A stretch of 64,000 nt of DNA, taken from assembly GCA_026003895.1 (NCBI GenBank), contig BPIC01000005.1, positions 288,941-352,940 on the forward strand. The letters run 5' to 3'. The position numbers and the translations under genes are program-made. This DNA is from Dehalococcoidia bacterium (GTDB lineage Bacteria; Chloroflexota; Dehalococcoidia; SpSt-223). Below the pieces are notes generated by a model that saw nothing but the letters and a program-made list of their open reading frames with translations, did no database searches and was not told the origin of the DNA. Position 1 is the first letter of the stretch, and every line of letters starts with the position of its first letter. Positions 1-10,800 of this stretch are shown here, piece after piece.

Positions 1-187
1 CCGCTCCGACCCCAGACCTCAGGGAAATACATCAGGTTGGCGCGCGCAGGCTGAGCGACGAACTCGCCAGGCGTCGTCAACCGCACGAGGTAGGAGAATT
101 GATAGGTGCCGCGCGGCAGCGCACGGGCAAAGAGGGCGACCCGGTCATCTCGGACGTCAACGTGGGAAAAACCGCCAATCTGATCGG

Positions 188-1169
188 CTAGAGACTCGGT
201 CGAAGGATGCTGGTAGTCGCGAGGCTCGGGTCGACCGCCTCCGCTCCGGCAAACAGCGGGTCTTCCACGACCAAGTAGTCGAGATCGCTATTCGCGATGA
301 TTGTGAGTTGGACGCGCACCAGCTCGCCGACCCGCGCGGCGCCAATTGGCGTCGTGCTGCTTCGTTCCGCCGGAAGGTACTCTCGCGTGACAGCGATGCC
401 CTCTGTTTTTGGGGCCACCTGTTCCCCCGGGCGGAAGGTCCGAAGCGACGCGGTGTAATACAGTCGTCCCGATGCGCCCGCGAGGTCATGGGCGTCCCGC
501 TCGAACAGCAGCCGATTCGGGGAGTCAAGCATGAGGTCGCGCAGCTGGACGACCAGCGTTCTGGAATCCGGTGCGTCACGCCCGACCCGGCCATCGGCGA
601 CCAGCCGTCCGTTGAGCGAAACACGGTAGCGATAGTCGGCGGCTACGGCGCTCTCACGGACGGTGTAGGTGGCAAGCGCCCTGAGCGCAGCGGCGCTGTC
701 GAAGGTCGTGCCCCACCACCCGTTCCGGCGTTGCACCATTAGCCACCGCACCGCCGGATCAATGAGCGGGCTCTGGGGGTCCACCGCCAAGAGCGCCTCG
801 AGCACGGCAGCCGTCGCGCGGCTCGGCCCACCGATACGCCGGCTGTCGACCGGATCGTTCCAGTGGACCTCCAATTGCGCTCCACGTCGCGCTGTTCACG
901 ATCTCCGTGAGCAAGGCGCCAGTGCGCGAGTCGGGCCCGGTCGCCGTTCACCCGATAAAGAGCCAGTAGCAAGTACCCCTTTGCGGAGTCGGCGAGCGTG
1001 GCGCGGCGTTCGAACAACGCATTCGTTTGCCCGGTGGCCGGCTGACCGGCTTTGGCGAGCACGTAAGCCAGATAGGCGCGAACGTTCACGTCGTCGGGCT
1101 GTCCGAAGTCGGCTGGCCGCCGCAGGTAACTGAGTCACGGCGCCAAGGCCGCGATTTAGGCTTCCAGCG
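188..1169 (-). pseudogene. C-terminal remainder of the alpha-2-macroglobulin gene in two other reading frames (two apparent frameshifts)
   Basis: ORFs 739-1089 (NVRAYLAYVLAKAG...YLLLALYRVNGD) and 188-874 (RWLMVQRRNGWWGTTFDSAAALRALATY...LVVEDPLFAGAE) read as the expected A2M C-terminal and receptor-binding-like regions but lie in frames different from each other and from 1170-5783. This is either genuine pseudogenisation or indel sequencing errors. Confidence 0.6.
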
Positions 1170-4100
1170 TCAACGGCATAGCCGGTGGTCTTTGGCTGCG
1201 AGCAGGCCCGCAGTGGCGTAGGCGGTGAGGAACGGCTGGCTAGGGTCGGCGCTGAACCATCCCCAACCGCCATCGGGCCGTTGGGAACGATACAGCTTCT
1301 GGAGTGCGCCACTCGCCTGCGCGTCCAACTGGCTGGCGAGACCGGGCGTCAGCATTCCGGTCGCGCTGAGGACCCGCGCGTAGTCCAGTGAGGCAAGCAA
1401 TCGCGATACCGTAACTTCCGTTGGTTCCCAAGGGAACGCTGTGAGCTCACGCACGCCCTGTTCGAGTCCGGCGGTGAGCGTCGGAGCAAGCTCGACCTTG
1501 AGATCGCCAAGGTCGGGGCTGACCGGGGTCGGGACCCGGATTTCCTCCACGATTTGCGACGTCACTTGCCCTGCCGTTGCGACGACCTCGGCAGTCGCGA
1601 GGGGGCGGACAGGTAGGACGACTTCAACGGCGTCTCCCGGCAAACCTGTCGACCCCGTATCGGCTCGGAAGAGCAATCGCGCTTCGCCGGGTGAGCCGGC
1701 GGCTACCTCCCAGCGCGCCGTCGCCGTGCCGCGCGCCGGAGCTTGAAAGCGCTGTGGCGCGGGGCCGCCCGATGGCGTGCTCAGGTTGCGCGCTTCCAGC
1801 GTCACCGTCACTTCGGCGGGACGATCGGTGAGGTTTTGAACGATGGCGGCCACGGTCACGCGGTCGCCGCTTGTCAGGAATCGCGGCACGACCGGGCGAA
1901 CCAGAATCTCTTTGGCGCTGACGACATCATGGACCGCTTGCCCGAACTGGGAGTCTTGCGTAAGCGCTTTCACCGTGAGTCGCCACGTGGTGAGATTGTC
2001 CGGGAGGACGACGTCGAATGTTGCTTCGCCATTGGAGTCCGTGATCATTCCGGCGTTCCAAAAGGCGGTGTCTGCGAAGCGGGAGCGGATGTCCTGCACC
2101 TCGCCGCCGCCACCCTTTCCGGCGGCGCGCGAGGCAAGGTCGAGCCGGGTTTGTGAGGCAGCGAGCGTGGCGGCCGTCAGAACGCCCAAGCCCCGCTCGC
2201 GGTAGAACGCGTCGAACAACGCCGTCGGCGATTCTTGGTCGGCGAGCGACAGCACCGCTCGATCGACGAGAGCCGCGGAAAACTGTGCCCGGACCGGCCT
2301 CCCGGCCGCGTCGTTGACCCTGACGCGGTAGCGCACGGTCTCACCCGGGCGGGTGCGTTGCGTGTCGCTCGTGATGTCAATCTTCAACATTTTCGATGAG
2401 GCTTCGACTCGCAAGTTGACGTAGCCGACCTTGTAGCTCGCGGGGCCGCGGGCACTTTCGCCTGCGAAGGCGACGACCGACACGAACACGTTCGGCAGGA
2501 AGGTCGGCTCGACAGGGATGTCCAAGACCGTGCTGCTGCTCGGCAAGGTGACTACCCGGTGCGTGCGCACGCCTTGCCGCTCGATGGTGACGAGGGCGGT
2601 CGATGCCTCAAACGGGGTCGGAACGAACAGCTTGGCCGTATCGCCCGGGGCATACGCGGTCCGGTCGAGAACGAGGTCCATGCGGTCATTGCTTTCGAGA
2701 CCCCAATTCACAAACTCAGCGCCAGCTACCCAGAGGAATGAGACCGTGCGCACGTCATTGCCAAACTCGTCGCGTCCAACTGCTTGCAGGCGATAGAGCC
2801 CAGGCCGGGGAGGCGTATACGTCACCCGCGCGCGACCGCTCGCGTCGGTTGTCACTGTCCGCGTGCCATTCTCGACCGGAGTGTCCTCGAAGGTGGTGAC
2901 CCAAACCAAATCGCCTTCGGGAGTGCGTTCCTGAACCGAGTAGTACCGACGGACCGCGAGATCAAGCGTGAGCGGAACGGTTGTCCGAGGCTTCAAATCG
3001 ATGCCGACGGTCGCAAGGTCCCAAGTCGTCGACTCACCGGTGCGAACCAGCCGGGTCGGATTGCGGAGGCCGATGTAAAAGGCGCCCTTGTGGACAACCG
3101 TCTCGGCACGTACGCTGATTTGTTGGGCGGTCTCGTCGCTCACCGAGGCTTCGATCGTGAAGATCCGGCTGCCTTGGAACCGGTCAAGGTCGGCACGGAA
3201 GCTCAGATCGAATCGCCCCTGAGCATCGAGGGTGCCAGCGCCGGCAGCGACGGCGATAGGGCCGGCATCGACTACGGGAGGCCGAAGGTCGACCACGCCG
3301 TAGGTGAATCCGGTCCAGTCGGGACCGGATGGACCGCGGAAAACGTAGGGGTCGCTCGCCACGCGCCACGACAGGTTGCCGCGGGAGACAGGAGCGCCGA
3401 AAAAGTACTCCGCCGCAACGGAGGCCGTAATCGTCTCATTTGCGACAACGTCAGGCCGTTCGGGCCGAACCTCCACCTGAAATTCTGGTCGACGATATTC
3501 GGCGACCTGAAACCCCGCGCCGCCAAGGAATCGGGACCGAGCGTCAGCAATCGCAATCGACCAATAACCGGTCGCCGCGTTCGGCGAGAGTGTGAGCTGG
3601 CCGGCAAAGGCGCCGAAGTCATCGAGCGTAACCGTTTGCGAAAGCGCGGTGCGACCGGTGGCGTCGTTGATCGTCAACCGGACGTCGACCAATGCGGAGG
3701 GCAAACGATATGTGCCGTCGTCGTCGCGTCGAACGATGCCTTTGAAGAAGACCAGTTGGCCGGGCTGGTATATTGGCCGGTCGGTGTAGATCGCCGCTCG
3801 GTAGGGCGATGATTGGACCTCGCTGTTCAGACCGAACTGCCACGGCTCGATTCCATCCGACCAGCGGCCGGAGACGACCGACGGGCCCTCTGCTTCCTCG
3901 AGAAAGACCCAGAGGTTCGGCGAGTTCCCCCGCTCGGGAGCAGGCAGCACAAACCGCGCGACGCCGTCCGGTCCGGTCCGCACCGGCTGGGTCATCGTCA
4001 GCGGCTGGCCGGGCCCGAGGAATGCGCTCACTGGTGCGTCGGGAACGGGCTGACCGGTCGCAGGGTCCATTGCCCAGAGGAGGGCCTCCCCGGGGCTGAG

Positions 4101-5783
4101 CTTGAGAGTGAGGGCGCGACGGGAAACCGCCACCAGCTGGCGATCGCTTGTCCCCCCGCCTTCAGCGGCCAGTAGGTAAAAGCCGGGTCCGAGCGGCGTG
4201 CCGCTGATGCTGAGCGTCTGGGTCAGGAGGCGCCTCGCGTTGAGAGCGGCACGACTGTCGATTGTCCAGGTGCCGACCGGCTCCCCGGCTGGCGCGGGCG
4301 GTCCATTGCCGCCGCCGCGTTGGGCGAGCGCCTGCTCGAGATACGCATTGGGATCAAGTCGATACAGCCGAAGCGTGACCGAAGGGACGTTCACCACCTC
4401 GAATGCGCCGAGCACCGGCGTGCCAGCAAGGATGGTGGTGGTGTCCGCAGTCGTTATGAACGTCAGGCGGGGTGGCGTCGGCGCGGTCGTAAACGCTACG
4501 CGCTGCGCTACGCCGATCGGACGTCCGGCGCGGTCGCGGGCGTCCGGCCCAACGACGACACTATACGCCGTGGACGGCTGGAGGCTGAAAAAGAAGGTGA
4601 GCCGGGTGTTGCTCTCGGTCCAAGAGGAGAACACTTGGCTCGGCGCCGGCAGGATCGTCAGATTGTTGGCGACCGAGGCAGTATCCATTGGTTGGTTGAA
4701 GGTGAGGGAAAGCTGCGTCGTCGGCGGCGGCGTCGATCCGTTCGGCGGGGTTGACGAAACGAGTCGCGGCGGTCCAACGGTCTGAAAGGTCCAAGCAAAT
4801 GGCTCGGTGGACGGGAGCGGCCCCTGTGTGCCGCGCAGCCCGGCGGCGAGCCGCGCGGTGTACCTGACATCTGGTTCCAGCGGCTGAGCCGGCACGAAGA
4901 TCGCCCGCCGGTCGTTCTCCCAACGAAATGTGCCGGCTGCCTGCTGACCGGTTGGACCGATCAGGCTAAAGGCCGCTTCCACGCTTGCGCGGTCCATCGG
5001 CTGGTTGAAGATGAGCGTAATCTCTTGGTTCGTCGGGACAAAGCGGCTGTTGGCGGTCGGGGTGAACTCGGCGAGCGCCGGGAGTATCGTCGTAAAGCGG
5101 TAGCGTAGGTCCGCTTCGAGGCGGCCACCGGTCACATCTTGAAGATCACGCCGGAGGGTCACCGTGTAGACCGATGCCGGGCGCAGACCGTCCTGACTCT
5201 GGAATCGGTAAACGCTCGGACTGATCCATCGGCCCGTTCCAGCAACGGTTGGCGAGATGATAAGCGGGTTGACCGTGGCTCCCCCGCCGAGTGCCACGAC
5301 TGGTCGGTTGAAGGAAACCGTGATCACCTCGTCGAGCGGGACGTCGGAAGTGCCGTCCGCTGGGTAAAAGGCGACCGGAAGAAGATCACCGGCGGTTGTG
5401 AACGAAGCGGTGAACGGCTCATCGAGGGGCAGGTTGGCAGCGCTGCGGGCGGCGGTGTCGAGCCGGATTTCGTAGGTCGTGTTCCGCGCCAAAGGCTGGG
5501 ATGGGATGAATTGGACACGCGTTCCATCCCACTGAAACCGGCCGGCGACGGCTGGCTCCAAGCGAAAAGCCTGTTCGACCGAGTCGCGGCTCATCGCCGT
5601 GTTGAACGCGATCGCGATCGCCGTCTCGGGGGACACCTCGCGAAGCTGTTCGGGTTCGTAGGCGATGACCGCAGGCGGAATTGGCGCCGGCCGTTGTAGG
5701 AGCAGGTATCCGCCGATACCGGCGGCAACGAGCAGCACGGCGACGACTATCGCGCCAAGGACCACCCAGCGTCGCGTTGTCAC
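1170..5783 (-). CDS. alpha-2-macroglobulin family protein (bacterial A2M / YfhM-like), main N-terminal ORF
   Basis: 1577-aa ORF with an N-terminal TM/signal segment (RRWVVLGAIVVAVLLVAAGIGG), long run of Ig-like/MG-type repeats and the DGGWGWF motif typical of the A2M C-terminal third. Likely GTG start at 5783 overlaps the pbpC stop (GTGA). The ORF terminates at 1170 but the homology continues in other frames downstream. Confidence 0.85.
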   Translation of the reverse strand: MTTRRWVVLGAIVVAVLLVAAGIGGYLLLQRPAPIPPAVIAYEPEQLREVSPETAIAIAFNTAMSRDSVEQAFRLEPAVAGRFQWDGTRVQFIPSQPLARNTTYEIRLDTAARSAANLPLDEPFTASFTTAGDLLPVAFYPADGTSDVPLDEVITVSFNRPVVALGGGATVNPLIISPTVAGTGRWISPSVYRFQSQDGLRPASVYTVTLRRDLQDVTGGRLEADLRYRFTTILPALAEFTPTANSRFVPTNQEITLIFNQPMDRASVEAAFSLIGPTGQQAAGTFRWENDRRAIFVPAQPLEPDVRYTARLAAGLRGTQGPLPSTEPFAWTFQTVGPPRLVSSTPPNGSTPPPTTQLSLTFNQPMDTASVANNLTILPAPSQVFSSWTESNTRLTFFFSLQPSTAYSVVVGPDARDRAGRPIGVAQRVAFTTAPTPPRLTFITTADTTTILAGTPVLGAFEVVNVPSVTLRLYRLDPNAYLEQALAQRGGGNGPPAPAGEPVGTWTIDSRAALNARRLLTQTLSISGTPLGPGFYLLAAEGGGTSDRQLVAVSRRALTLKLSPGEALLWAMDPATGQPVPDAPVSAFLGPGQPLTMTQPVRTGPDGVARFVLPAPERGNSPNLWVFLEEAEGPSVVSGRWSDGIEPWQFGLNSEVQSSPYRAAIYTDRPIYQPGQLVFFKGIVRRDDDGTYRLPSALVDVRLTINDATGRTALSQTVTLDDFGAFAGQLTLSPNAATGYWSIAIADARSRFLGGAGFQVAEYRRPEFQVEVRPERPDVVANETITASVAAEYFFGAPVSRGNLSWRVASDPYVFRGPSGPDWTGFTYGVVDLRPPVVDAGPIAVAAGAGTLDAQGRFDLSFRADLDRFQGSRIFTIEASVSDETAQQISVRAETVVHKGAFYIGLRNPTRLVRTGESTTWDLATVGIDLKPRTTVPLTLDLAVRRYYSVQERTPEGDLVWVTTFEDTPVENGTRTVTTDASGRARVTYTPPRPGLYRLQAVGRDEFGNDVRTVSFLWVAGAEFVNWGLESNDRMDLVLDRTAYAPGDTAKLFVPTPFEASTALVTIERQGVRTHRVVTLPSSSTVLDIPVEPTFLPNVFVSVVAFAGESARGPASYKVGYVNLRVEASSKMLKIDITSDTQRTRPGETVRYRVRVNDAAGRPVRAQFSAALVDRAVLSLADQESPTALFDAFYRERGLGVLTAATLAASQTRLDLASRAAGKGGGGEVQDIRSRFADTAFWNAGMITDSNGEATFDVVLPDNLTTWRLTVKALTQDSQFGQAVHDVVSAKEILVRPVVPRFLTSGDRVTVAAIVQNLTDRPAEVTVTLEARNLSTPSGGPAPQRFQAPARGTATARWEVAAGSPGEARLLFRADTGSTGLPGDAVEVVLPVRPLATAEVVATAGQVTSQIVEEIRVPTPVSPDLGDLKVELAPTLTAGLEQGVRELTAFPWEPTEVTVSRLLASLDYARVLSATGMLTPGLASQLDAQASGALQKLYRSQRPDGGWGWFSADPSQPFLTAYATAGLLAAKDHRLCR

Positions 5784-8176
5784 GGCTCCTGCCCTCCACT
5801 CACTCCGGCGACGCGGACCACCCGCTCGTCGGCGGCAAACTCGCGTCCATCGCGAATGAGCGTCGCCCGGATTACATGCTGGCCCGGCTGGAGAGTCCAC
5901 CATCCTTCGGCGGCGCCGGGTGGGCCAATCGGTGACCCGTCGACCGAAAGCTGGACCGTCCCACCGCCGGCTACAGCGCGGATGTACAACCGCTGCATTA
6001 TGGTCGGCAAGCGCGGTGAGATGACGAACTCGGCGCGGTCGTCTGGCACGACAAGCCGGACGAAGCGCTCAGAGTCTGGAAGCACCCCGCTTGCGCATCC
6101 GTGGACGGGCGCTTGCGGTATCCCCTGATCGCGCGCCCAGCCGAGTGCCTCTGGCGGGATGATCCAATAGAGGCGCTCAATCGCCGGCCCGCGGCAGCCA
6201 AGCTCCCAGCGCCCTCCGGTCGCGGAGTCGATGACGATGCGCTGGTAACTGGTCGAGTGCTCGGTTGGTTCGCTCCCGGCGACGAACGGTTCGAGAACGA
6301 CACGCGGGCACTCTGGGGTCGCGAGTTTCCCATCGACCTCGCAAACGGATACCCAGCGAATGCCGTCCGGAACCGGAAACGGCAGTGCCGGCTCGTCGCG
6401 GAGCGCCTCGCTCAAAAATTCACGCCAAATGGGCGCTGCGCCGGTGATACCGGAGACGTCGCGCATCGGACGACCGTCGCTGTTCCCAACCCAGACGCCG
6501 ACCACTAGTTGCGGCGTGAAGCCAACTGTCCAGTTGTCGCGGAATCCGCTTGTGGTGCCGGTTTTGACGCCGGCCGGGCGTGCCATCGTCAACGGGTTGT
6601 CCATTCCAAAGGAGAGCTCGCGGGCGCGCGGGTCGCTGAGGATATGGGCGATGAAGAACGCGGTTTCCGGCGTAAGGACGCGGCGTGGGGGCTCGCGCCC
6701 AACCTCGAGGATGGTGCGTCCTTCGCGCGACTCAATGCGCAGGAGATCGCTGGGCTGATGGAACAGACCACCGTTCGCGAAGGCGCTGTAGGCGGCGGTC
6801 AGCTCGAGTAGCGTCACTTCTCCTCCGCCAAGAGTCAGGGCGAGGTCATAGCGATCGGCGTCGCCCCACGTGGTGATGCCGAGGCGCTGCCCCATCTCGA
6901 TAAGCGCCCCGACGCCGATACGGTCGAGCAGCTGAACGGCGACCACGTTGATTGAAGAACCAAGCGCGGTACGGAGGGACAGAGGCCCGTGATACTGATG
7001 GTCGTAGTTGACGGGAACAAACGTCTCCCCGCGCCGCGTGGTGAACGCGGACCGCACGTCATAGAAGACATCCGCTGGGGCGAACCCTCGCTCGAAGGCC
7101 GCGGCAAACGTCAGAGGCTTGATGGCGGAGCCCGGCTGCCGAGGGCTCGCCGCGACATTGACTTGTCCATGGATCTGGGGATTGAAGTAGTCAGCTGACC
7201 CGGCGAGCGCCAAGATGTCTCCACTCGTGGGGTCGATCGCGACGAGGGCCGCGTTCGTAACGTCATGGTCGGCTAAGCGAGCAAGGTGCCGTTCGATGAC
7301 ACGCTCGGCGAGCTGTTGCAGTCCGGCATCGAGGGTGGTGACAATGCGTGTCCCGCCGGTTTCTGACGCGAATTGGAGAGCCCGCTCCCGAGTGCCTACG
7401 ACAAAATGCGGCGCGGCGATCGGCGGCACAGGCGAGCGAAGCTGCACTGCTTCCGAAGCGATGCGCTCAGCCTCCTGCACGGTGATCAGCCCGCGGCGCG
7501 CCATCAAGGCGAGGACCGCGCGGCGTCGTTGCATCGCTTCTGACGGATCGTCGCGCGGGTCGTACCGCGCTGGGGCTTGTGGAAGTCCGACGAGCAGAGC
7601 CGCTTCGCCGGCGGAGAGATTGATGGCGGACGTGCCGAAATACGCTTGGCTCGCTGCCTCAATCCCGATTGCGCGAGCGCCATACGGCACGCGATTTAGG
7701 TAGAGCGTGAGGATCTCCTCTTTGCTAAACCGACGGGCGATCTGTAGCGCGAGGACGATTTCGCGCATCTTGCGGCGGACCGGCGGTGATCGGGCTGGGT
7801 CGTCCGCGAGCAACACGTGGCGAGCGAGCTGCATCTCAAGCGTGCTCCCGCCCGAGGGCTCGCCGCGAATCGACTGGATTGTGGCCCGCACGAGCGCCAC
7901 CGGATCGACGCCGGGATGGTGAAAGAAGTGGGCATCCTCGGTGGCGATGGTTGCGGCCACGGCGATCGGGGCGACATCGGCGAGGGTCACCGGCCGATTG
8001 CTGCCTTGATCGGTCTCGATCTCGTAGAGGAGCCGCCCTGCCCGGTCCAGAATAAGCACCGAACTCCGGGTCTCCGCCAACCGGTCAACAGACGGCAAAT
8101 CAGCGAAGGCCCAACCGGCAGCGGCCGCCAATCCGGCCGTCACGAGGATCAGAAGAACCGAGCGACGAACCAGCAT
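5780..8176 (-). CDS. pbpC: penicillin-binding protein 1C (class A PBP, transglycosylase + transpeptidase)
   Basis: GT51 transglycosylase motifs (IATEDAHFFHHPGVDP, RGEPSGGSTLEMQLAR), a transpeptidase domain and a PbpC-type C-terminal domain. Sits immediately upstream of and translationally coupled to the A2M gene, the classic pbpC-A2M pairing. Confidence 0.9.
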   Translation of the reverse strand: MLVRRSVLLILVTAGLAAAAGWAFADLPSVDRLAETRSSVLILDRAGRLLYEIETDQGSNRPVTLADVAPIAVAATIATEDAHFFHHPGVDPVALVRATIQSIRGEPSGGSTLEMQLARHVLLADDPARSPPVRRKMREIVLALQIARRFSKEEILTLYLNRVPYGARAIGIEAASQAYFGTSAINLSAGEAALLVGLPQAPARYDPRDDPSEAMQRRRAVLALMARRGLITVQEAERIASEAVQLRSPVPPIAAPHFVVGTRERALQFASETGGTRIVTTLDAGLQQLAERVIERHLARLADHDVTNAALVAIDPTSGDILALAGSADYFNPQIHGQVNVAASPRQPGSAIKPLTFAAAFERGFAPADVFYDVRSAFTTRRGETFVPVNYDHQYHGPLSLRTALGSSINVVAVQLLDRIGVGALIEMGQRLGITTWGDADRYDLALTLGGGEVTLLELTAAYSAFANGGLFHQPSDLLRIESREGRTILEVGREPPRRVLTPETAFFIAHILSDPRARELSFGMDNPLTMARPAGVKTGTTSGFRDNWTVGFTPQLVVGVWVGNSDGRPMRDVSGITGAAPIWREFLSEALRDEPALPFPVPDGIRWVSVCEVDGKLATPECPRVVLEPFVAGSEPTEHSTSYQRIVIDSATGGRWELGCRGPAIERLYWIIPPEALGWARDQGIPQAPVHGCASGVLPDSERFVRLVVPDDRAEFVISPRLPTIMQRLYIRAVAGGGTVQLSVDGSPIGPPGAAEGWWTLQPGQHVIRATLIRDGREFAADERVVRVAGVSGGQEP

Positions 8177-8304
8177 GTGCGCCCCTCAACCATAGTGCAA
8201 CGCTCGCACTGAAGGTGCGGTTCCGGGGGAGATCCCTCTATGGAATGGCTCCATGCGATTACGGCTGCTACTATGCAGTCAAGAGGACGGAGGCAAACAG
8301 CGCA

Positions 8305-8916
8305 ATGGTGCTGAGCGATAAGCGGATCCTTGAAGAGATGGCGAACGGCAACATTGTTATCGAGCCGTTCGACCGACGGCAGCTTGGGACGAACTCCTAC
8401 GACGTCCGGCTGGGCGATTGGTATTACGAGCCGAACCGTAATCTGGTCGTTGTCGACTTTTTCGACGAGGAATCGGTGCGCGCGTTCTGGGGCGAGCCGA
8501 AACAGGCCAAGGACGGTATGATCACCGTCCGCGCCGGCGATACCATTTTGGCCCATACGCAGGAGGTCGTCGGCGCTCGCAATGGGTTTACGACGTCGAT
8601 GCGCTGCCGCTCGAGTATCGGCCGATCGGCGCTTTCCGTTTGCAAGTGCGCGGGCTTAGGCGATGTCGGCTACATCGCCCGTTGGACCATGGAGATCACC
8701 AATCACAGTCAGTCGAACATTCGCATCCCGGTGGGGGCGCGAATCGCCCAGATCATGTTTTACGAGGTCGGCCCGACGCTCACCGAGTACCACGGGAAAT
8801 ACGGACAATCCGCTGAATGGTCGCCCGAAGATATGCTGCCCCGGCTCTATCGCGATTGGGATATCGAGCTGTTTCACCCTGCCTTGTCGGTGAACGGCTC
8901 GCAGTTTCGCCCATAG
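8305..8916 (+). CDS. dcd: dCTP deaminase (possibly bifunctional dCTP deaminase/dUTPase)
   Basis: MVLSDKRILEEM...LGTNSYDVRLG matches the Dcd N-terminus and substrate motif. ATG at 8305 is preceded by GGACGGAGG. The longer ORF from 8215 is probably an upstream extension. Confidence 0.85.
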   Translation: MVLSDKRILEEMANGNIVIEPFDRRQLGTNSYDVRLGDWYYEPNRNLVVVDFFDEESVRAFWGEPKQAKDGMITVRAGDTILAHTQEVVGARNGFTTSMRCRSSIGRSALSVCKCAGLGDVGYIARWTMEITNHSQSNIRIPVGARIAQIMFYEVGPTLTEYHGKYGQSAEWSPEDMLPRLYRDWDIELFHPALSVNGSQFRP

Positions 8917-9435
8917 CAGCTCATTGCCTAGTGGGCGCCCCGCGTCGGAGCCGGGGCGTGCGTCGGCCGTGAGGCGCCACGATCAACGGCGAAGCCCGGC
9001 GGGACGACAAGCGTCCACGTTCCCCTAACGCGCTAAACCGACCCGGCCGCTGGCCCCTCGCCGCTGAGGGCTTCTCGTCCGTCGACGTCCCCGTCCCGCA
9101 CGGGAAGGCGATTTCGACCCGCGGGAGAAGGGCGAGATGGGTAAACACCAACCCTGCGCTGCTGTTCGATCGAGTCCGGGGGACCGTGGGGCGACCGTCG
9201 GTGCCGTTCACGTCCCAGCGATTCCTCCCGGCGGGGCGCTGCCTTTGCCGTTGCTCACATGGCGGCGGATCGAGGGGCCAAGGGCCAGTGACTGCATGTC
9301 ACGCGGGGCGCTCGCGCCGATGCTCTGGAGGCCGGAGCGCGGCTCGGTGGGCACGGTAGGGGCGTTCGGTGCGCCGGACCGGGCTGGTGTTCGTTGGGGC
9401 GCCGTGTCGACGTCGTCAAACTCCGGCGCGGTCCT

Positions 9436-10752
9436 CTAAGACCGGCGTGTGGTTCGGAACTCTCGACTCTCCGGAGCAGTAGGCGCTCCGGCAGGCGCCT
9501 CTCCCCGGCTCACCGCGCCAGCGAATCGCTCTCCGCGAGTGACCAGCCCGACGGCAAGGGCGGAGAGTGTGCCGAGGCTCACCATCAAGAACCACGGAAG
9601 CGCCGTCAGACCGGCCGTACGTTGTGCGTCGAATGCCAGCCCGCTCACGGTGTTGCCGATCGTTGCGCCAATGCCTGACCACATCCAAAAGACGCCGGTA
9701 TACGTGCCAAGCAGGCGATCGCCGGCGAGGAGCGGAATCAACGCCATTTGGAAGGGTCGGACGATGAGAAGCCCGCCGGTCAGGAGAATTGTCGTAGCGA
9801 GTACCGGACTAACATTCACCACAGCCGCGACCGGGCCGGAGCCATCAACCGGCAGGAACAAGGAACCGAGAAGCGTCGGCAGAAACGCCAGTCCCATCAA
9901 CAGAACGCCCCAAGGAAGCGGGCGCGCCTCACCCCAGCGGCGTTGGATGTACCTCGTCACCCGAATCTGACCGAGGATCGTCATCGTTGACGAGATCAAG
10001 AAGATGGCTCCGACGAGGTGATCACTTCCGGTCAACCGGCGCACTTCGAGCGGCAGCCCGATGTAGATCTGGTTGAACAGCGTAAAGAAGCCGAGCATCG
10101 ACAGCGAGTAGAGGATGAACGTCCGATTGGCGAACACCTCGCGCCAACTCTCGAAGACTGAGGCGACGCCCTGTCCCCCACCCCCGCGTGGCGTAAGGTA
10201 GACCAGCTGGACGATGGCGAGGAGAAAAAAGACAGCGGCACTGGAAAGGCAGACGAGCTGGAAGCTAAAGCCGAGCAGCGCCACGCCCACAAGGGGGCCG
10301 ACGAGCGTTCCGGTTTGGGAGAAGACATTATCGAGAGCGAACACCTCTGCCCGCCGGCTGGGCGTTTCAGCTGCCAAATACGCGCGCAACGTCGGGCTGA
10401 ACAAGGCTCCAGCCAGACCACTTAGCATCGCGGCGAGCAGCACACCCGGCAGGCTCGACGTGATGCCAAAGAGCAAGAAACCGACGGTTCGAAGCAACAG
10501 CCCAGCGATGATCACGGGCTTATATCCCAGGTGATCCCCGAGGGTGCCACCGAGGATGGTCAACCCTTGTTGGCAGAAGACACGCAGTCCGAGGATGATG
10601 CCGACCAGCCATGCTGGAAATCCGAGGGTGTCGGTGAGGTAGGTTGCGAGGTAGGGGAAGAGCATGAAAAAGCTCAGGAAGATCGTCAGGTCATTGATCA
10701 AAAGGATCTGAACCGGACGATCTTGGGCGCGGAAGCTCCGAACAATCTCCAA
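9436..10752 (-). CDS. MFS transporter
   Basis: 438 aa with about 12 predicted hydrophobic helices and MFS-like loop motifs. Apparent TTG start at 10752. Confidence 0.8.
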   Translation of the reverse strand: MEIVRSFRAQDRPVQILLINDLTIFLSFFMLFPYLATYLTDTLGFPAWLVGIILGLRVFCQQGLTILGGTLGDHLGYKPVIIAGLLLRTVGFLLFGITSSLPGVLLAAMLSGLAGALFSPTLRAYLAAETPSRRAEVFALDNVFSQTGTLVGPLVGVALLGFSFQLVCLSSAAVFFLLAIVQLVYLTPRGGGGQGVASVFESWREVFANRTFILYSLSMLGFFTLFNQIYIGLPLEVRRLTGSDHLVGAIFLISSTMTILGQIRVTRYIQRRWGEARPLPWGVLLMGLAFLPTLLGSLFLPVDGSGPVAAVVNVSPVLATTILLTGGLLIVRPFQMALIPLLAGDRLLGTYTGVFWMWSGIGATIGNTVSGLAFDAQRTAGLTALPWFLMVSLGTLSALAVGLVTRGERFAGAVSRGEAPAGAPTAPESREFRTTRRS

Positions 10753-10800
10753 GGTGACCTACAACGGAGACGGTGGGTTGGTGGTGCCGGCTTCAGTATA

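Noticed and set aside
2784-3812. 342-aa plus-strand ORF inside the A2M gene
   Set aside because: Antisense to a strongly supported large CDS, with an Arg/Gly/Pro-rich composition typical of spurious frames in high-GC DNA.
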